Shown here: in pieces, positions 28,469-38,827 of the stretch
Position numbering within the stretch: position 1 is the first letter of the stretch
Layout of the letters: the number at the start of each line of letters is the position of its first letter
Assembly: GCA_965227295.1 (NCBI GenBank)
Contig: OZ245742.1
Location: forward strand, 5,152,001-5,216,000
Direction: 5' to 3'
DNA from: Leptonemataceae bacterium
GTDB lineage: Bacteria > Spirochaetota > Leptospiria > Leptospirales > Leptonemataceae
Length of the DNA: 64,000 bases
The notes under the pieces: model-generated
Seen by the model: the letters and a program-made list of their open reading frames with translations, nothing else
Databases searched by the model: none
What the model was told of the DNA's origin: nothing
Position numbers and translations under genes: made by a program

Positions 28469-29449
28469 TTAGCGGGGCCCCACGCGCACGCCGCCGACAA
28501 ATCGTTCCGGCGGCCGGCAGTCTTCGATGAAGTGCAGACGGCCCCCTACTAACTCCTGGCCGGATTCTGTTAAACGAATGCGCTCCCGCAGCCACTCCGG
28601 AGCAGCCGCCGGTTCGTCGGCGAAACCGGCGCTTGCAAGCACCGGCACCTCCGCGTTCCGAAACGCCGTAATCACGCGGAGGAACATGAGGTCACCCAGA
28701 AACGGGAGCGGCTCGCGTTCGTCGTGCAACAAACGAAAGACCGCCGCAATCGTCGGCGGCCCGCCCGTGTCCAGGTCCCGCACGCATTCCAGCGTGAGGC
28801 GTTCCGTAAGAGCCAGGCCGGAGGTATCCGGGAGTTCCAGCAGGTGCCGACGCAGAGCCGCCCGCAGTACGGACTTCCAGCCGGACGCCTCCGCCGGTTC
28901 CGGGCCGGCCAGGGCCATCAACGCCTGCGGCTCCGGCGCGCACAGAGCGGCCCAGACCCGGGCGCCGAAACGAAACATATCTTGCGTAGCTTCTATTGAA
29001 TAGTCGTTAAACACCAGTCTCAGATCTTCCGGCTCCAGTTCGCCGAGGCCGCGAAAACGCCGCCCCGATTGCGTGGGATGATGATCCAACGAGATGAGCC
29101 GCACATTGCGGCGGCGGGTCTCCGCGCAGCGCATGAGCACGTACGCGAGGATGAGCTGATCGTAAGTGTCGTGTTCGAACCAGAGCGTCAGCGGTTCTTC
29201 AGCGGCGACGGCTTCGTCCAGAGCCGTGTATTGCTCGCCGAGTTTCGCGCGAACTTCGGCGACGGCAAGGCCGTAGCTCTCCGAGAGAAACGTTGCGCGA
29301 CGTTCCAGAAATTCCGCGCGGTGCAGTTCCAGGACCGGGCCGTCGCAGTACGGATCCGAGAATTCCAGGAATCGGCCGAAGCCCTCGCCGACCAGGCCGA
29401 TCGCCCGGAGTCCTTCCTGAATGTCGGAGCCGCAGCGTAGATGAATCAT
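28469..29449 (-). CDS. DUF1835-domain protein
   Basis: HLRCGSDI, DPYCDGPV, LWFEHDTYDQL and FLGDLMF motifs. Confidence 0.8.
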   Translation of the reverse strand: MIHLRCGSDIQEGLRAIGLVGEGFGRFLEFSDPYCDGPVLELHRAEFLERRATFLSESYGLAVAEVRAKLGEQYTALDEAVAAEEPLTLWFEHDTYDQLILAYVLMRCAETRRRNVRLISLDHHPTQSGRRFRGLGELEPEDLRLVFNDYSIEATQDMFRFGARVWAALCAPEPQALMALAGPEPAEASGWKSVLRAALRRHLLELPDTSGLALTERLTLECVRDLDTGGPPTIAAVFRLLHDEREPLPFLGDLMFLRVITAFRNAEVPVLASAGFADEPAAAPEWLRERIRLTESGQELVGGRLHFIEDCRPPERFVGGVRVGPR

Positions 29450-29565
29450 TCGCAGCACATCCCCGAGCGCGCGATTGTAGTTCGCCGCCCCGAACGCACG
29501 GAAGACAACACAATTTTCTCGCGGAAAAAGACTGACAGACTCCGCAGACCTGGTAGAACACCGCC

Positions 29566-31065
29566 ATGTTCGCCTCTCGCCTGCCCGCGACGGCCGCCCT
29601 GGCCGGTCCTCTCGCCGCCCTCGGCATCCTGCTGTTCGCCGACATGGGTGCTCCGGCAGTACGGGCCTGCGCGGCAGTGACGGTGTGGATGGCAGTCTGG
29701 TGGGTCGGCGAAGCGGTCCCGCTGGCGGTGACGGCGTTGCTGCCGGCAATCCTCTTTCCGTTACTCGGCGTCGCCGGGAGCGAGGACATCGCCGGTTCAT
29801 ACTTCAACTCCACGGTCTTTTTATTTCTCGGCGGTTTCGTGCTGGCTCTGGCCATGCAGCGCTGGGACCTACACCGGCGCATCGCCCTGCGCATCATTTT
29901 GTTTTTCGGTGAACGGCCGCCGTACATCATCCTGGGATTCATGACCGCCGCCGCCGTGCTTTCCATGTGGATTTCCAACACCGCCACCGCGGTGATGATG
30001 CTGCCCATGGTTCTCGCCATCGCCGTGAAATTCGAAGGCGACGCGAGTGACGGCCGGGACGACAGCGTGCGCATTACGAAGCCGTTATTGCTCGGCACGG
30101 CCTACGCCTGCTCCGTGGGCGGAGTCGGCACACTCATCGGCACGCCGCCGAATCTGATTTTGCTCCGCACGCATCAGATCGTCTTCCCGGACGCGGACCC
30201 CTTAAGTTTCGCCCGCTGGATGTTACTGGGTGTACCTCTCGCAATCAGCATGTTGTTGATCATCTGGCTGGTGTTGCTCGCGATCTTTCGCGTGCCCTTC
30301 GCGAAACACGAACTGGTGCGTACGGAAACGGTACGCCGGGAGTACCGGGGCCTGGGGCGGCTGAGTTACGAAGAAGCGGCGGTAATGATCGTGTTCACCA
30401 TTACGGCGCTTCTGTGGATCCTGCGCAAAGACATCAGCTTCGGCGACGGCGATCAGGCCTTCGTGATTCCCGGCTGGTCCGGGCTTTTGCCCTACGGCGA
30501 TCTCATCAACGACGGGACCGTCGCCGTGGCCGCCAGCGTGTTGCTGTTCTTGATTCCCGCGCGCGGAAACAACGAACGGACACGCATTCTCACCAACGAC
30601 GTCTTTCGCGATCTGCCCTGGGGCATAGTCTTGCTCTTCGGCGGCGGCTTCGCCCTGGCCCACGGCTTCGAAAGCAGCGGTCTTTCGGAGTACCTCGCCG
30701 GCGGATTCGCCTTCCTGGACACATGGCCTGCCTGGGCGGCGGTCCTCGCGGTCAGTACCGGCATGACCTTTCTCACCGAGTTCACCTCGAACACGGCGAG
30801 CACGCAAATGCTGTTGCCGGTCCTCGCCCAGGCCGCCGTCGCCCGGGACCTGCCCCCGCTCCTGTTGATGGTCCCTGCCGCCCTCAGCGCGTCCATGGCC
30901 TTCATGATGCCCGTGGCCACGCCCCCGAACGCCATCGTCTTCGGCAGTGAACGCCTGCGCATCATCGACATGGTCAAGGCCGGCCTGGTGCTGAACCTGC
31001 TCGGCGCGCTAACAATCACCGGATTCATGTTAGCGCTCGGACTGAATATATTGGGCGGACGTTAA
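29566..31065 (+). CDS. SLC13/DASS sodium:dicarboxylate (or sulfate) symporter
   Basis: SMWISNTAT, GTPPN, TEFTSNTA and PVATPPNAIVFG motifs. Confidence 0.95.
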   Translation: MFASRLPATAALAGPLAALGILLFADMGAPAVRACAAVTVWMAVWWVGEAVPLAVTALLPAILFPLLGVAGSEDIAGSYFNSTVFLFLGGFVLALAMQRWDLHRRIALRIILFFGERPPYIILGFMTAAAVLSMWISNTATAVMMLPMVLAIAVKFEGDASDGRDDSVRITKPLLLGTAYACSVGGVGTLIGTPPNLILLRTHQIVFPDADPLSFARWMLLGVPLAISMLLIIWLVLLAIFRVPFAKHELVRTETVRREYRGLGRLSYEEAAVMIVFTITALLWILRKDISFGDGDQAFVIPGWSGLLPYGDLINDGTVAVAASVLLFLIPARGNNERTRILTNDVFRDLPWGIVLLFGGGFALAHGFESSGLSEYLAGGFAFLDTWPAWAAVLAVSTGMTFLTEFTSNTASTQMLLPVLAQAAVARDLPPLLLMVPAALSASMAFMMPVATPPNAIVFGSERLRIIDMVKAGLVLNLLGALTITGFMLALGLNILGGR

Positions 31066-31142
31066 CTGTTTCAATTCTTCGCGCCAGGGATACGGAGCAT
31101 GGCGAGTAGCGCCAGTCACGGCCGAAGGCCGGGACCGAATAC

Positions 31143-31889
31143 TCAAGCACTGCCCGGTATCAGCACCGGCACTTTTTCCACTACGGCAATTTCCCGCGTC
31201 GTTACTCGCGCGCGGTATGCAATGACCTCGACGCCGCGTTCATGCGATTCCGCCAGTTGCTGCGCGTACTCCGGGTCGATGTAGTCGGCCGGCTCCAGGT
31301 GCCGTGCGTCGCCGCGTTGAATAATGAATAAGAGCACCGCCCGGGCACCGGCTTCGACGGCGGCGGCCAGTTCGCGCAGATGGCGGCGGCCGCGCAGCGT
31401 TACGGCGTCGGGAAAACGAAAGGCACCCCGCTCCATCATGTTCACATTCTTAACTTCTACGTAACATATCTTACGGCGGCGGCCGCCGGAAAGTCGAAAG
31501 TCCACCCGGCTGCCCTCGCCGCCGCCGGGCAGAATATCGTAACCGCGCTCGCGTTCGATCACACGGTAACCGGTGAGTTCCGGAATGCTGCCGGCGTGCA
31601 ATGCCTCTTCGGCGAGGCGATTCGGCAGAATACTGTTCACGCCGATCCAGCAGCGACCGTTGTGAATCATTTCGAGGGTGTACGGCAACCGGCGCTTCGG
31701 ATTGTTGCTGTGACTGAGCATCACGCGGCGGCCCGCGCCGAGACACGTCCGCATGCTGCCGGGGTTCGGGCAATGGACCGTACGTATCAGGGGCTCGTCG
31801 CCGTCGGGCACCACGCACTCGACGTCGGCCAGGAATCGTTTGTACCGCCGAATCAAGCGGCCGGGAATGAGCGGTTCTACAAAACGCAC
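31143..31889 (-). CDS. sfsA: DNA/RNA nuclease SfsA
   Basis: RYKRFLAD, HCPNPGSM, SRVDF, YVEVKNV and FPDAVTLRGRRHL motifs; GTG start inferred. Confidence 0.93.
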   Translation of the reverse strand: MRFVEPLIPGRLIRRYKRFLADVECVVPDGDEPLIRTVHCPNPGSMRTCLGAGRRVMLSHSNNPKRRLPYTLEMIHNGRCWIGVNSILPNRLAEEALHAGSIPELTGYRVIERERGYDILPGGGEGSRVDFRLSGGRRRKICYVEVKNVNMMERGAFRFPDAVTLRGRRHLRELAAAVEAGARAVLLFIIQRGDARHLEPADYIDPEYAQQLAESHERGVEVIAYRARVTTREIAVVEKVPVLIPGSA

Positions 31890-31935
31890 GATAAATTTTT
31901 GATGACCGTTCCGGGGATTCGCGGCATTTCGAATC

Positions 31936-32982
31936 ATGGCCGAAGAACAGGAAAAGCGCGTCATCCGAATTCGGGTCCGAACCCCGGAAGACTTCGTCTA
32001 CATGGGCACCATCACCATGACCTCCGACGGCCAGCAGGTCAAAGAGTTCCACGGCATCGCCGGTGACCGCGAGGAAATTCGCAGCCGCACCATGCACGAG
32101 CCGGTCCGCGATTTTGTGAAGTGGAAAGAAAGCATGCTCTTCAACGAGCGCTGCGATAAATCCCGCACCCAGGATTTTGAACGTGTCCTGGGCCGCATCA
32201 CGAAAAACTTCGACTACATCGACAAACTGCGCATGATGATCCGCGGCAAGAAAGTCGATCAGGTGCGCTACGACCTCGACCAAGAACTACAGCTCTCGTT
32301 GGGCATCAAAGAAGGCGAGATAGAGGTCTTCGCCCAGGAGACAAATCCGGAAGTTTTCGAGGGCGAGGACCAAGCCGAAGAAACCGGGGCCGGCGGCGAA
32401 GCGGCTCCGGAGCGGGATTTTTCCGGGCAGATCGCCCTTTCGTTCATTGTGGCTCCGACCAACGGCGTGCCGCTCACGCAACTGAAAGACGGCGACCAGG
32501 TCGTCGCTCGCTTTGTGGATCCGGACGAGGAGCAGACCTCGAACTACATGATTTCCCGCGGCCTCAAGAAAACCCCCGCCGCGGACATTGACGGGGACAC
32601 CCCGGACGTCATGCCGGTGCCCGGCGAAGTCCTCCTGCCGGACGAAGACCCGAAGAAACCCGAGACCAACGCCACAATCCGCAGCATCGAGCCGTACGAG
32701 GGCAACAAGACCCTGCTGATGGTCGACCTGCCCGAGGACGCGAGCGGCTACATCCTCGAAGAAGAGAAGAGCGTGAAGGTCAAGGTCCCGGAGGGCGCGG
32801 CGCCGCCGAAACCCGCGGCGGAAGACACCCCGGAAAAGCCGAAGAGTGCCGGGAAAGAAACGCCCGCCGGGAAACCGGCCGCGGCAAGGGCCGACGGCGA
32901 ATCCATGGATCTGCGCACGATGCTGATGGTCGGCGCGGCGATTGCGGCGTTTCTCTTCCTGATGTTTCTGATCCTGGCCTGA
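31936..32982 (+). CDS. Hypothetical protein with C-terminal membrane anchor
   Basis: 348-aa ORF with acidic/Pro-rich linkers and a hydrophobic C-terminus. Confidence 0.75.
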   Translation: MAEEQEKRVIRIRVRTPEDFVYMGTITMTSDGQQVKEFHGIAGDREEIRSRTMHEPVRDFVKWKESMLFNERCDKSRTQDFERVLGRITKNFDYIDKLRMMIRGKKVDQVRYDLDQELQLSLGIKEGEIEVFAQETNPEVFEGEDQAEETGAGGEAAPERDFSGQIALSFIVAPTNGVPLTQLKDGDQVVARFVDPDEEQTSNYMISRGLKKTPAADIDGDTPDVMPVPGEVLLPDEDPKKPETNATIRSIEPYEGNKTLLMVDLPEDASGYILEEEKSVKVKVPEGAAPPKPAAEDTPEKPKSAGKETPAGKPAAARADGESMDLRTMLMVGAAIAAFLFLMFLILA

Positions 32983-33219
32983 TCCTTCCCGCGTCCTGGT
33001 AGGAACTCCTGCCCCATTTGCGCCCCAGAATCCTATAAATCCTATCGGAATAATAGGAAATGAATCGACGCCGCTCGGTTGCTCCGGAATTGTGGTTCGA
33101 GAAACCGCTTGCGGGCACGGTGAATCATAAGAAAGCGTCTTTAATTCCCGGTATTGTGTCCGCGCAGGAACCTGCGACTGTTCCTCCCGCCGGGTGTATT
33201 CAAGACCACCAGGTACTCT

Positions 33220-35097
33220 ATGAGCACGACGATCCAGGAGGCCGAATTCGGCCGCGACATTCAACAGGAGACCATCGATTCGGCCATCATCCGATTCTGT
33301 GGTGACTCCGGCGACGGCATGCAGCTGACCGGCACCCAGTTTACGAAAACGACGGGCGTCGCCGGCAACGACCTCATGACCTTTCCGGACTTTCCGGCGG
33401 AGATCCGCGCCCCCCAGGGCACCCTGGGCGGGGTCTCGGGCTTCCAGATCCACTTCTCGTCTCACGACATCCACACCCCGGGCGACCGCGTGGACGTGCT
33501 CGTCGCCATGAATCCGGCGGCGCTCAAGACGAACATCAAAGACCTCAAGGACGGCGGCATCCTCATCGCCAACACCGACTCCTTCGACGCGCGCAACCTG
33601 GCGAAAGTCCAGTACGAGTCCGATCCCCTCGAAGACCCGGAGCTGTCCCAGCGCTATCGCGTGATCAAGGCGCCCATCACTCAACTGGTGCGCACCGCCA
33701 TCGAAGAGATGGACCTGGGTCTGCCGCAGCATACCGTCGATCGTTCCAAGAACTTCTTCGCCCTCGGCATCACCTACTGGCTCTTCAACCGCGATCTTTC
33801 CACGACGTTCCACTGGATCGAACAGAAGTTCAAAGGCAAAGAAGCCATCATCAAGGCCAACGAGAAGGCCGTAAAGGCCGGCTACTACTTCGCCGAAACC
33901 AGCGAACTCTTCGCCACGCGCTATGAGATCGGCGAAGCGAAGTTCGAACCCGGCCTGTATCGCAACATCAACGGTGCCACGGCCCTGTCCCTGGGATTCG
34001 TCGCCGCATCGCAACTGGCAAAGCTGCCGCTATTCTTCGGAAGTTATCCCATCACTCCGGCGTCGGACATTCTGCACGAGCTTTCGCGGCACAAAAACTT
34101 CGGCGTGAAGACCTTCCAGGCGGAAGACGAGATTGCCGCCGTGTGTTCCGCCATCGGCGCGTCCTACGGCGGAGCCATCGGCATCACGTCGTCGTCGGGT
34201 CCGGGCATCAACCTGAAGCACGAGGCGATCGGTCTTGCGATTATTACGGAACTTCCGTTGATCGTCATCAACGCCCAGCGCGGCGGCCCGTCCACGGGTC
34301 TGCCGACGAAAACGGAACAGGGCGATCTGTTACAGGTACTCTTCGGCCGTAACAGTGAGTCCCCGGTGGTCGTGGTCGCGCCGTCCACGCCGGGGGATTC
34401 CTTCGAGTGCGCCGTAGAAGCGACGCGCCTGGCGCTGAAGTTCATGACGCCGGTCTTTTACTTAACCGACCTCTACTTGATTATGGGCTCGGAACCCTGG
34501 CGCATTCCCGAGGTCAAAGACCTGCCGGACATCGAACACACGCAAATCGCGAACGGCGAACAGATCGAAGACTTCAAGGTCTATCGCCGCGATGCGGAAA
34601 GCATGGCCCGCCGCTGGCCCATCCCGGGCACGCCGGGCTTCGAACACCGCATCGGCGGCCTGGAGAAAGATCAACTCTCCGGCAACGTAAGCTACGATCC
34701 GGACAACCACTGGGCCATGGTGCAAACCCGCGCGAAGAAGATCGCGAACATCGCGAACTTCATTCCCGAACTGGAAGTGGACGGCGACCAGTCCGGCAAG
34801 GTGCTGATTCTCGGCTGGGGTTCGACCTACGGCTCCATCCGCGCCGCCGTGGATCAACTGCGCAAGGACGGCGTAAGTGTATCTCACGCGCACTTAAGGT
34901 ATTTGAACCCGTTCCCGAAGAACCTGGAAAAGATCCTGAACAACTTCGAGACCGTGCTGGTGCCGGAACTGAACCTCGGCCAGCTCGCGTTCTTGCTCCA
35001 GGGCAAGTTCTTGAGAAAGATCGAAAGCATGACCAAGATGACCGGGAAACCCTTCCTGGTATCGGAGCTGAAAGAGAAAGTCCGCGAACTGATCTGA
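33220..35097 (+). CDS. korA: 2-oxoacid:ferredoxin oxidoreductase alpha subunit
   Basis: GDSGDGMQLTG, YPITPASD, QAEDEIAA and QRGGPSTGLPTKTEQ motifs. Confidence 0.95.
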   Translation: MSTTIQEAEFGRDIQQETIDSAIIRFCGDSGDGMQLTGTQFTKTTGVAGNDLMTFPDFPAEIRAPQGTLGGVSGFQIHFSSHDIHTPGDRVDVLVAMNPAALKTNIKDLKDGGILIANTDSFDARNLAKVQYESDPLEDPELSQRYRVIKAPITQLVRTAIEEMDLGLPQHTVDRSKNFFALGITYWLFNRDLSTTFHWIEQKFKGKEAIIKANEKAVKAGYYFAETSELFATRYEIGEAKFEPGLYRNINGATALSLGFVAASQLAKLPLFFGSYPITPASDILHELSRHKNFGVKTFQAEDEIAAVCSAIGASYGGAIGITSSSGPGINLKHEAIGLAIITELPLIVINAQRGGPSTGLPTKTEQGDLLQVLFGRNSESPVVVVAPSTPGDSFECAVEATRLALKFMTPVFYLTDLYLIMGSEPWRIPEVKDLPDIEHTQIANGEQIEDFKVYRRDAESMARRWPIPGTPGFEHRIGGLEKDQLSGNVSYDPDNHWAMVQTRAKKIANIANFIPELEVDGDQSGKVLILGWGSTYGSIRAAVDQLRKDGVSVSHAHLRYLNPFPKNLEKILNNFETVLVPELNLGQLAFLLQGKFLRKIESMTKMTGKPFLVSELKEKVRELI

Positions 35098-35107
35098 AGA
35101 AGGATTA

Positions 35108-35217
35108 ACTCCGAGGACCGAGGGAACGAGAAAGATTCGGGAGAGTATTTGTAACCTGCTCGCAGGCAGGCAATGAAAGCCCTCACTTTTTTCTCTCGGC
35201 TTCTCGGTCCTCGGAGT
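35108..35217. other. Long intercistronic inverted repeat
   Basis: actccgaggaccgag (35108-35122) pairs perfectly with ctcggtcctcggagt (35203-35217), 15 bp. Confidence 0.75.
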
Positions 35218-35242
35218 GAACAAAACAAAAACGGAAAACGTT

Positions 35243-36241
35243 ATGAGCTACCCGCTGAAAAAGAAAGACTTTGAATCGAACCAGGAAGTACGCTGGTGCC
35301 CCGGCTGCGGCGACTATGCCATCCTGGCCGCCATTCAGAAGACCATGCCGGAGATCGGCGTACCGAAAGAGAAGATCGTGTTCATCTCGGGCATCGGTTG
35401 CTCGTCGCGCTTTCCGTACTACATGAACACCTACGGCTTTCACACCATACACGGCCGCGCGCCGGCCCTCGCCACGGGCCTCGCGATTTCGCGTCCGGAT
35501 CTTTCGATCTGGGTGATCACCGGCGACGGCGACGGCCTCTCCATCGGCGGCAATCACCTCATTCACGCGTTGCGCCGGAACGTGAACCTCAAGGTTCTTC
35601 TGTTTAACAATCAAACGTACGGTCTTACGAAAGGGCAATACTCCCCTACGTCTCACGTGGGTACGAAGTCCAAGTCCACGCCCTACGGCAGCGTCGATGC
35701 GCCCTTTTCACCGGTGCAGGTGGCCCTGGGCGCCGGCGCTTCGTTCGTGGCGCGCACCTACGATAAAGATCCGAAACACATGATCGATACCTTCAAGCGC
35801 GCCCACGCTCATCGTGGTTCGGCGTTCATCGAGATCTTTCAGAACTGCGTCATCTTCAACAACGACGTCTTCGAACCGACCATCGGCAAAGAAGTGAAGA
35901 ACGATCGCGTGCTTTTCTTGAAGCACGGCGAGCCGCTGCATTTCGGCGGCAAGGCTTCGAACGAAAAAGGAATCGCCTTCGACGGCTTCTCTCCCGTCGT
36001 CACGGACGATCCCTCAAAGGCCATACAGCACGATGAGACTGCCGCGAACCCCGGTTACGCTTTCGCACTGTCACAAATGCGCAATCCGGAATTCCCCGAA
36101 CCCATGGGCGTCTTCCGCGACGTACCCCGCGATCTCTACGAGGACCAGGTTGCGGCGCAGGAACAGGCCATCGTCGAAAAACTCGGCAAAGGTGATCTGG
36201 ACAAACTCTTGAAGTCGGGCGACACCTGGGAAATTCATTGA
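35243..36241 (+). CDS. korB: 2-oxoacid:ferredoxin oxidoreductase beta subunit
   Basis: WCPGCGD, SGIGCSSR and the TPP motif GDGDGLSIGGNH. Confidence 0.95.
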   Translation: MSYPLKKKDFESNQEVRWCPGCGDYAILAAIQKTMPEIGVPKEKIVFISGIGCSSRFPYYMNTYGFHTIHGRAPALATGLAISRPDLSIWVITGDGDGLSIGGNHLIHALRRNVNLKVLLFNNQTYGLTKGQYSPTSHVGTKSKSTPYGSVDAPFSPVQVALGAGASFVARTYDKDPKHMIDTFKRAHAHRGSAFIEIFQNCVIFNNDVFEPTIGKEVKNDRVLFLKHGEPLHFGGKASNEKGIAFDGFSPVVTDDPSKAIQHDETAANPGYAFALSQMRNPEFPEPMGVFRDVPRDLYEDQVAAQEQAIVEKLGKGDLDKLLKSGDTWEIH

Positions 36242-36329
36242 CGCACTGAAATTCCATAAGAATCCTGTCGCTCTTTCTTTTGTTACGGCAAGCCCGACCC
36301 GCGGCCCTGTCGTCAAAGGATGGTGCGAC

Positions 36330-36716
36330 ATGCAGGATTCAGATCCTCTCGGCGAACATTACATCATCGAATTGCGGAAGTGCCGCGAAGGCATCCTCGA
36401 CAACCTCGACGGCATTCGCACGGCGCTGCTGAACGCGGCCGAAGTCGCGGGCGCCACGATCGTGAACGACTGCTTTCATAAGTTCAGCCCGCAGGGTGTT
36501 TCGGGCGTCGTGGTCATCGCCGAGTCGCATCTGAGCATTCACACCTGGCCGGAGCACGGTTACGCCGCCATGGATCTCTTCACCTGCAATCTCGACATGA
36601 GCATGGACGCCTGCCTGGAGTTCCTGCGCGAAACCTTCGGCGCAACCGCGATGGATGTAAAACGCATTGAACGCGGCATGAACGTGACGGCGGACGTCCC
36701 GGCGGCGCAACGCTAA
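36330..36716 (+). CDS. speD: S-adenosylmethionine decarboxylase proenzyme
   Basis: FSPQGVSGVVVIAESHLSIHTWPE motif. Confidence 0.93.
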   Translation: MQDSDPLGEHYIIELRKCREGILDNLDGIRTALLNAAEVAGATIVNDCFHKFSPQGVSGVVVIAESHLSIHTWPEHGYAAMDLFTCNLDMSMDACLEFLRETFGATAMDVKRIERGMNVTADVPAAQR

Positions 36717-36741
36717 ACACGCGCCACCGAGCTTTTTTATC

Positions 36742-38139
36742 TTAGCTTTTTTCCCGGTATTTCTTTTCCTTAAGTATCAGCTTTCGTAACTTAACGGCAT
36801 CGCACTCTTTCGCCTTCGGCGACAGCAATCGGTTCCAGTAGTATTCCTCCGGCGTCTCGTCGTCGTCTGCGCGTTTGCCGCTTTCCGGCGGTTCGTGCAG
36901 GATGATTAACAGATTCATGGCGCGGGAGGCGCCGACGTAGAGCACGCGAATCTCCTCGTCGCTCACCGCCTGCGGGCGCTGATCAAAATGAAAACGCGAG
37001 CTCCGGGCGCGCTCCGAATTCCAGCCGGCCATTACGTCCAGAAAGACCACCGGAAACTCGAGTCCCTTCGCCTTATGCACGGTCATCACCCGCTCCTCGG
37101 GGAAGCCGGCGTTCAGGAAAATTTGCCGGCGATAGTTCGTACGCACCAGGATCCGATAACAGTCGCCGTGGAAATCGTCGTCGGCCAGGATTTCGGAACG
37201 CAGGCGAGGCTCGTCTCCGCAACGCAGGGCGAACGCTGCCACGGGCAACTGCGGACCGCGACCACGTACGGCGCGCACTCGTTTCGATAGTTGATGGCGC
37301 GACGCGGCGATGACAGCGTCGCCGGCGCGCACGACGGTGGACAGGCTGCGATAGTTCTCCGCCAGGCGATAGACCTTCACCCGCGCAAAGAGTTTCTGAA
37401 AGTCCAGGAACGGCCGCACCGTCGCGCCGCGAAACGAATAGATCGCCTGCCAGTCGTCACCGACCACCAACATTCGGGGCGGCTGCATGAGTCGCAGAAA
37501 TTCCAGCTGCCGCGGGTCGGTGTCCTGAAACTCGTCGACGATGATTAAGCCGTAGCGGCGGCGCAGCTCGCGCAGGTACGGCGCGTTCGCTTCCAGGGCG
37601 ACCAACATCTCTTCCACAAGATCGTCGTACTCCAGGCGGCCGTGCTCCTGTTTGTACGCGGCGAGCCGGGCGTAGACGACTTCGGCAATGTTCGGAAAGA
37701 GCCGCCGAAAACGTTCCGGATCTCCGAGCAACACGTCGTACGGAATACCGCCGGTCTCTTCGTCCATGTCGCACTCGCGCAACGCATCGCGCAGCACACG
37801 TTCTTTCTCGCTGTCCTCCAGGATTTGCAGGCCGTTCGCGCGGGCCGGATCCAGGCGACTCAACCAGCGAAAACAGAACGAGTGAAACGTGCTGATCTCC
37901 ACGCCGTCGCGCAGTTCCCGCGGCAAACGTTCCCGGAGTTCGCCGACGGCGCGGCGACTGAAGCTCAACAGCAGAATGCGTTCTTCCAGACCGGATCGCA
38001 GGCGATGTTCCACCAGACCGATGACCGTGCGGGTCTTTCCGCTGCCGGCCGCGGCGATGACCTGTTTCACGGGCCGCTCTTCCAGAATAATGCGCAGTTG
38101 GGCCGGTGAATATCCGGCAAGGTAGTCGGGCGTAATCAT
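36742..38139 (-). CDS. Compact UvrD/Rep-family helicase
   Basis: AAAGSGKT, DEFQDT, VGDDWQAIYSFRGA, ENYRS, TVHKAKGLEF and YVGASRA motifs. Confidence 0.9.
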   Translation of the reverse strand: MITPDYLAGYSPAQLRIILEERPVKQVIAAAGSGKTRTVIGLVEHRLRSGLEERILLLSFSRRAVGELRERLPRELRDGVEISTFHSFCFRWLSRLDPARANGLQILEDSEKERVLRDALRECDMDEETGGIPYDVLLGDPERFRRLFPNIAEVVYARLAAYKQEHGRLEYDDLVEEMLVALEANAPYLRELRRRYGLIIVDEFQDTDPRQLEFLRLMQPPRMLVVGDDWQAIYSFRGATVRPFLDFQKLFARVKVYRLAENYRSLSTVVRAGDAVIAASRHQLSKRVRAVRGRGPQLPVAAFALRCGDEPRLRSEILADDDFHGDCYRILVRTNYRRQIFLNAGFPEERVMTVHKAKGLEFPVVFLDVMAGWNSERARSSRFHFDQRPQAVSDEEIRVLYVGASRAMNLLIILHEPPESGKRADDDETPEEYYWNRLLSPKAKECDAVKLRKLILKEKKYREKS

Positions 38140-38270
38140 GCCGGAAGAGGTAGCGAGACTCGCGCTTCGTTCCGCATGATTGTGATTTTTTTTCGAGATC
38201 GGGATTTTTTGCGCAACGATGGGCACGTCGGCGACGTGTATGCGGCAACACTATCGAACAGGAGTTTCGT

Positions 38271-38660
38271 ATGCAGAATCTTGCAAACGTATTTATGGAC
38301 GGCAACCTGGTCGCCGATCCGGAGGTGAAACATCTCAAGAGCAACAGAGTCGTGACCGCCTTCCGCGTGGCGGTGAACCACGATTACAACGCGTCCCGGG
38401 ACGATCGTAAGTTCGTGAGCTACTTCCAGGTGGAATGCTGGGAAAAGCTGGCCGAAAACTGTGCGCGCTTCTTAAAGAAGGGCGATCACGTCACGCTGAC
38501 CGGCGAACTACGCCAGGATCGCTGGCAGGACGGCGAAGGCCGGACGCACAGCATCGTCAAGATCGTCGCGCGCTATGTGCGCTTCGACTCCGTGGGACGC
38601 TCGCGCGAGACGAAACCGGACGGCGCGGAATCAGTGCCCGCGGAAGAAGCAGCGGCCTGA
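38271..38660 (+). CDS. ssb: Single-stranded DNA-binding protein
   Basis: GNLVADPE, WEKLAENC..LKKG and GELRQDRW motifs; AGGAG RBS. Confidence 0.92.
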   Translation: MQNLANVFMDGNLVADPEVKHLKSNRVVTAFRVAVNHDYNASRDDRKFVSYFQVECWEKLAENCARFLKKGDHVTLTGELRQDRWQDGEGRTHSIVKIVARYVRFDSVGRSRETKPDGAESVPAEEAAA

Positions 38661-38827
38661 GTGCAACATCGGCGGGGCGGCTCCTGTGCGGGCCGTTCCG
38701 CCGTTCCGCCGCCCCGTACGCGAAAGCGTGAGTGCTACGGTTGCGCCGCTGACACGGTGCCTGTCCGAAAAAAAACTATTTGCAGGAAAGACGGCCTGAA
38801 TCATACAAACCGAGCTACACATTCTCC

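Noticed and set aside
32287..34014. 575-aa minus-strand ORF and many other long antisense ORFs
   Set aside because: These are shadow ORFs opposite well-supported genes in GC-rich DNA with strong codon bias, and they have no recognisable motifs.
36242..36329. SAM riboswitch upstream of speD
   Set aside because: No recognisable SAM-I or SAM-II consensus in the short spacer.
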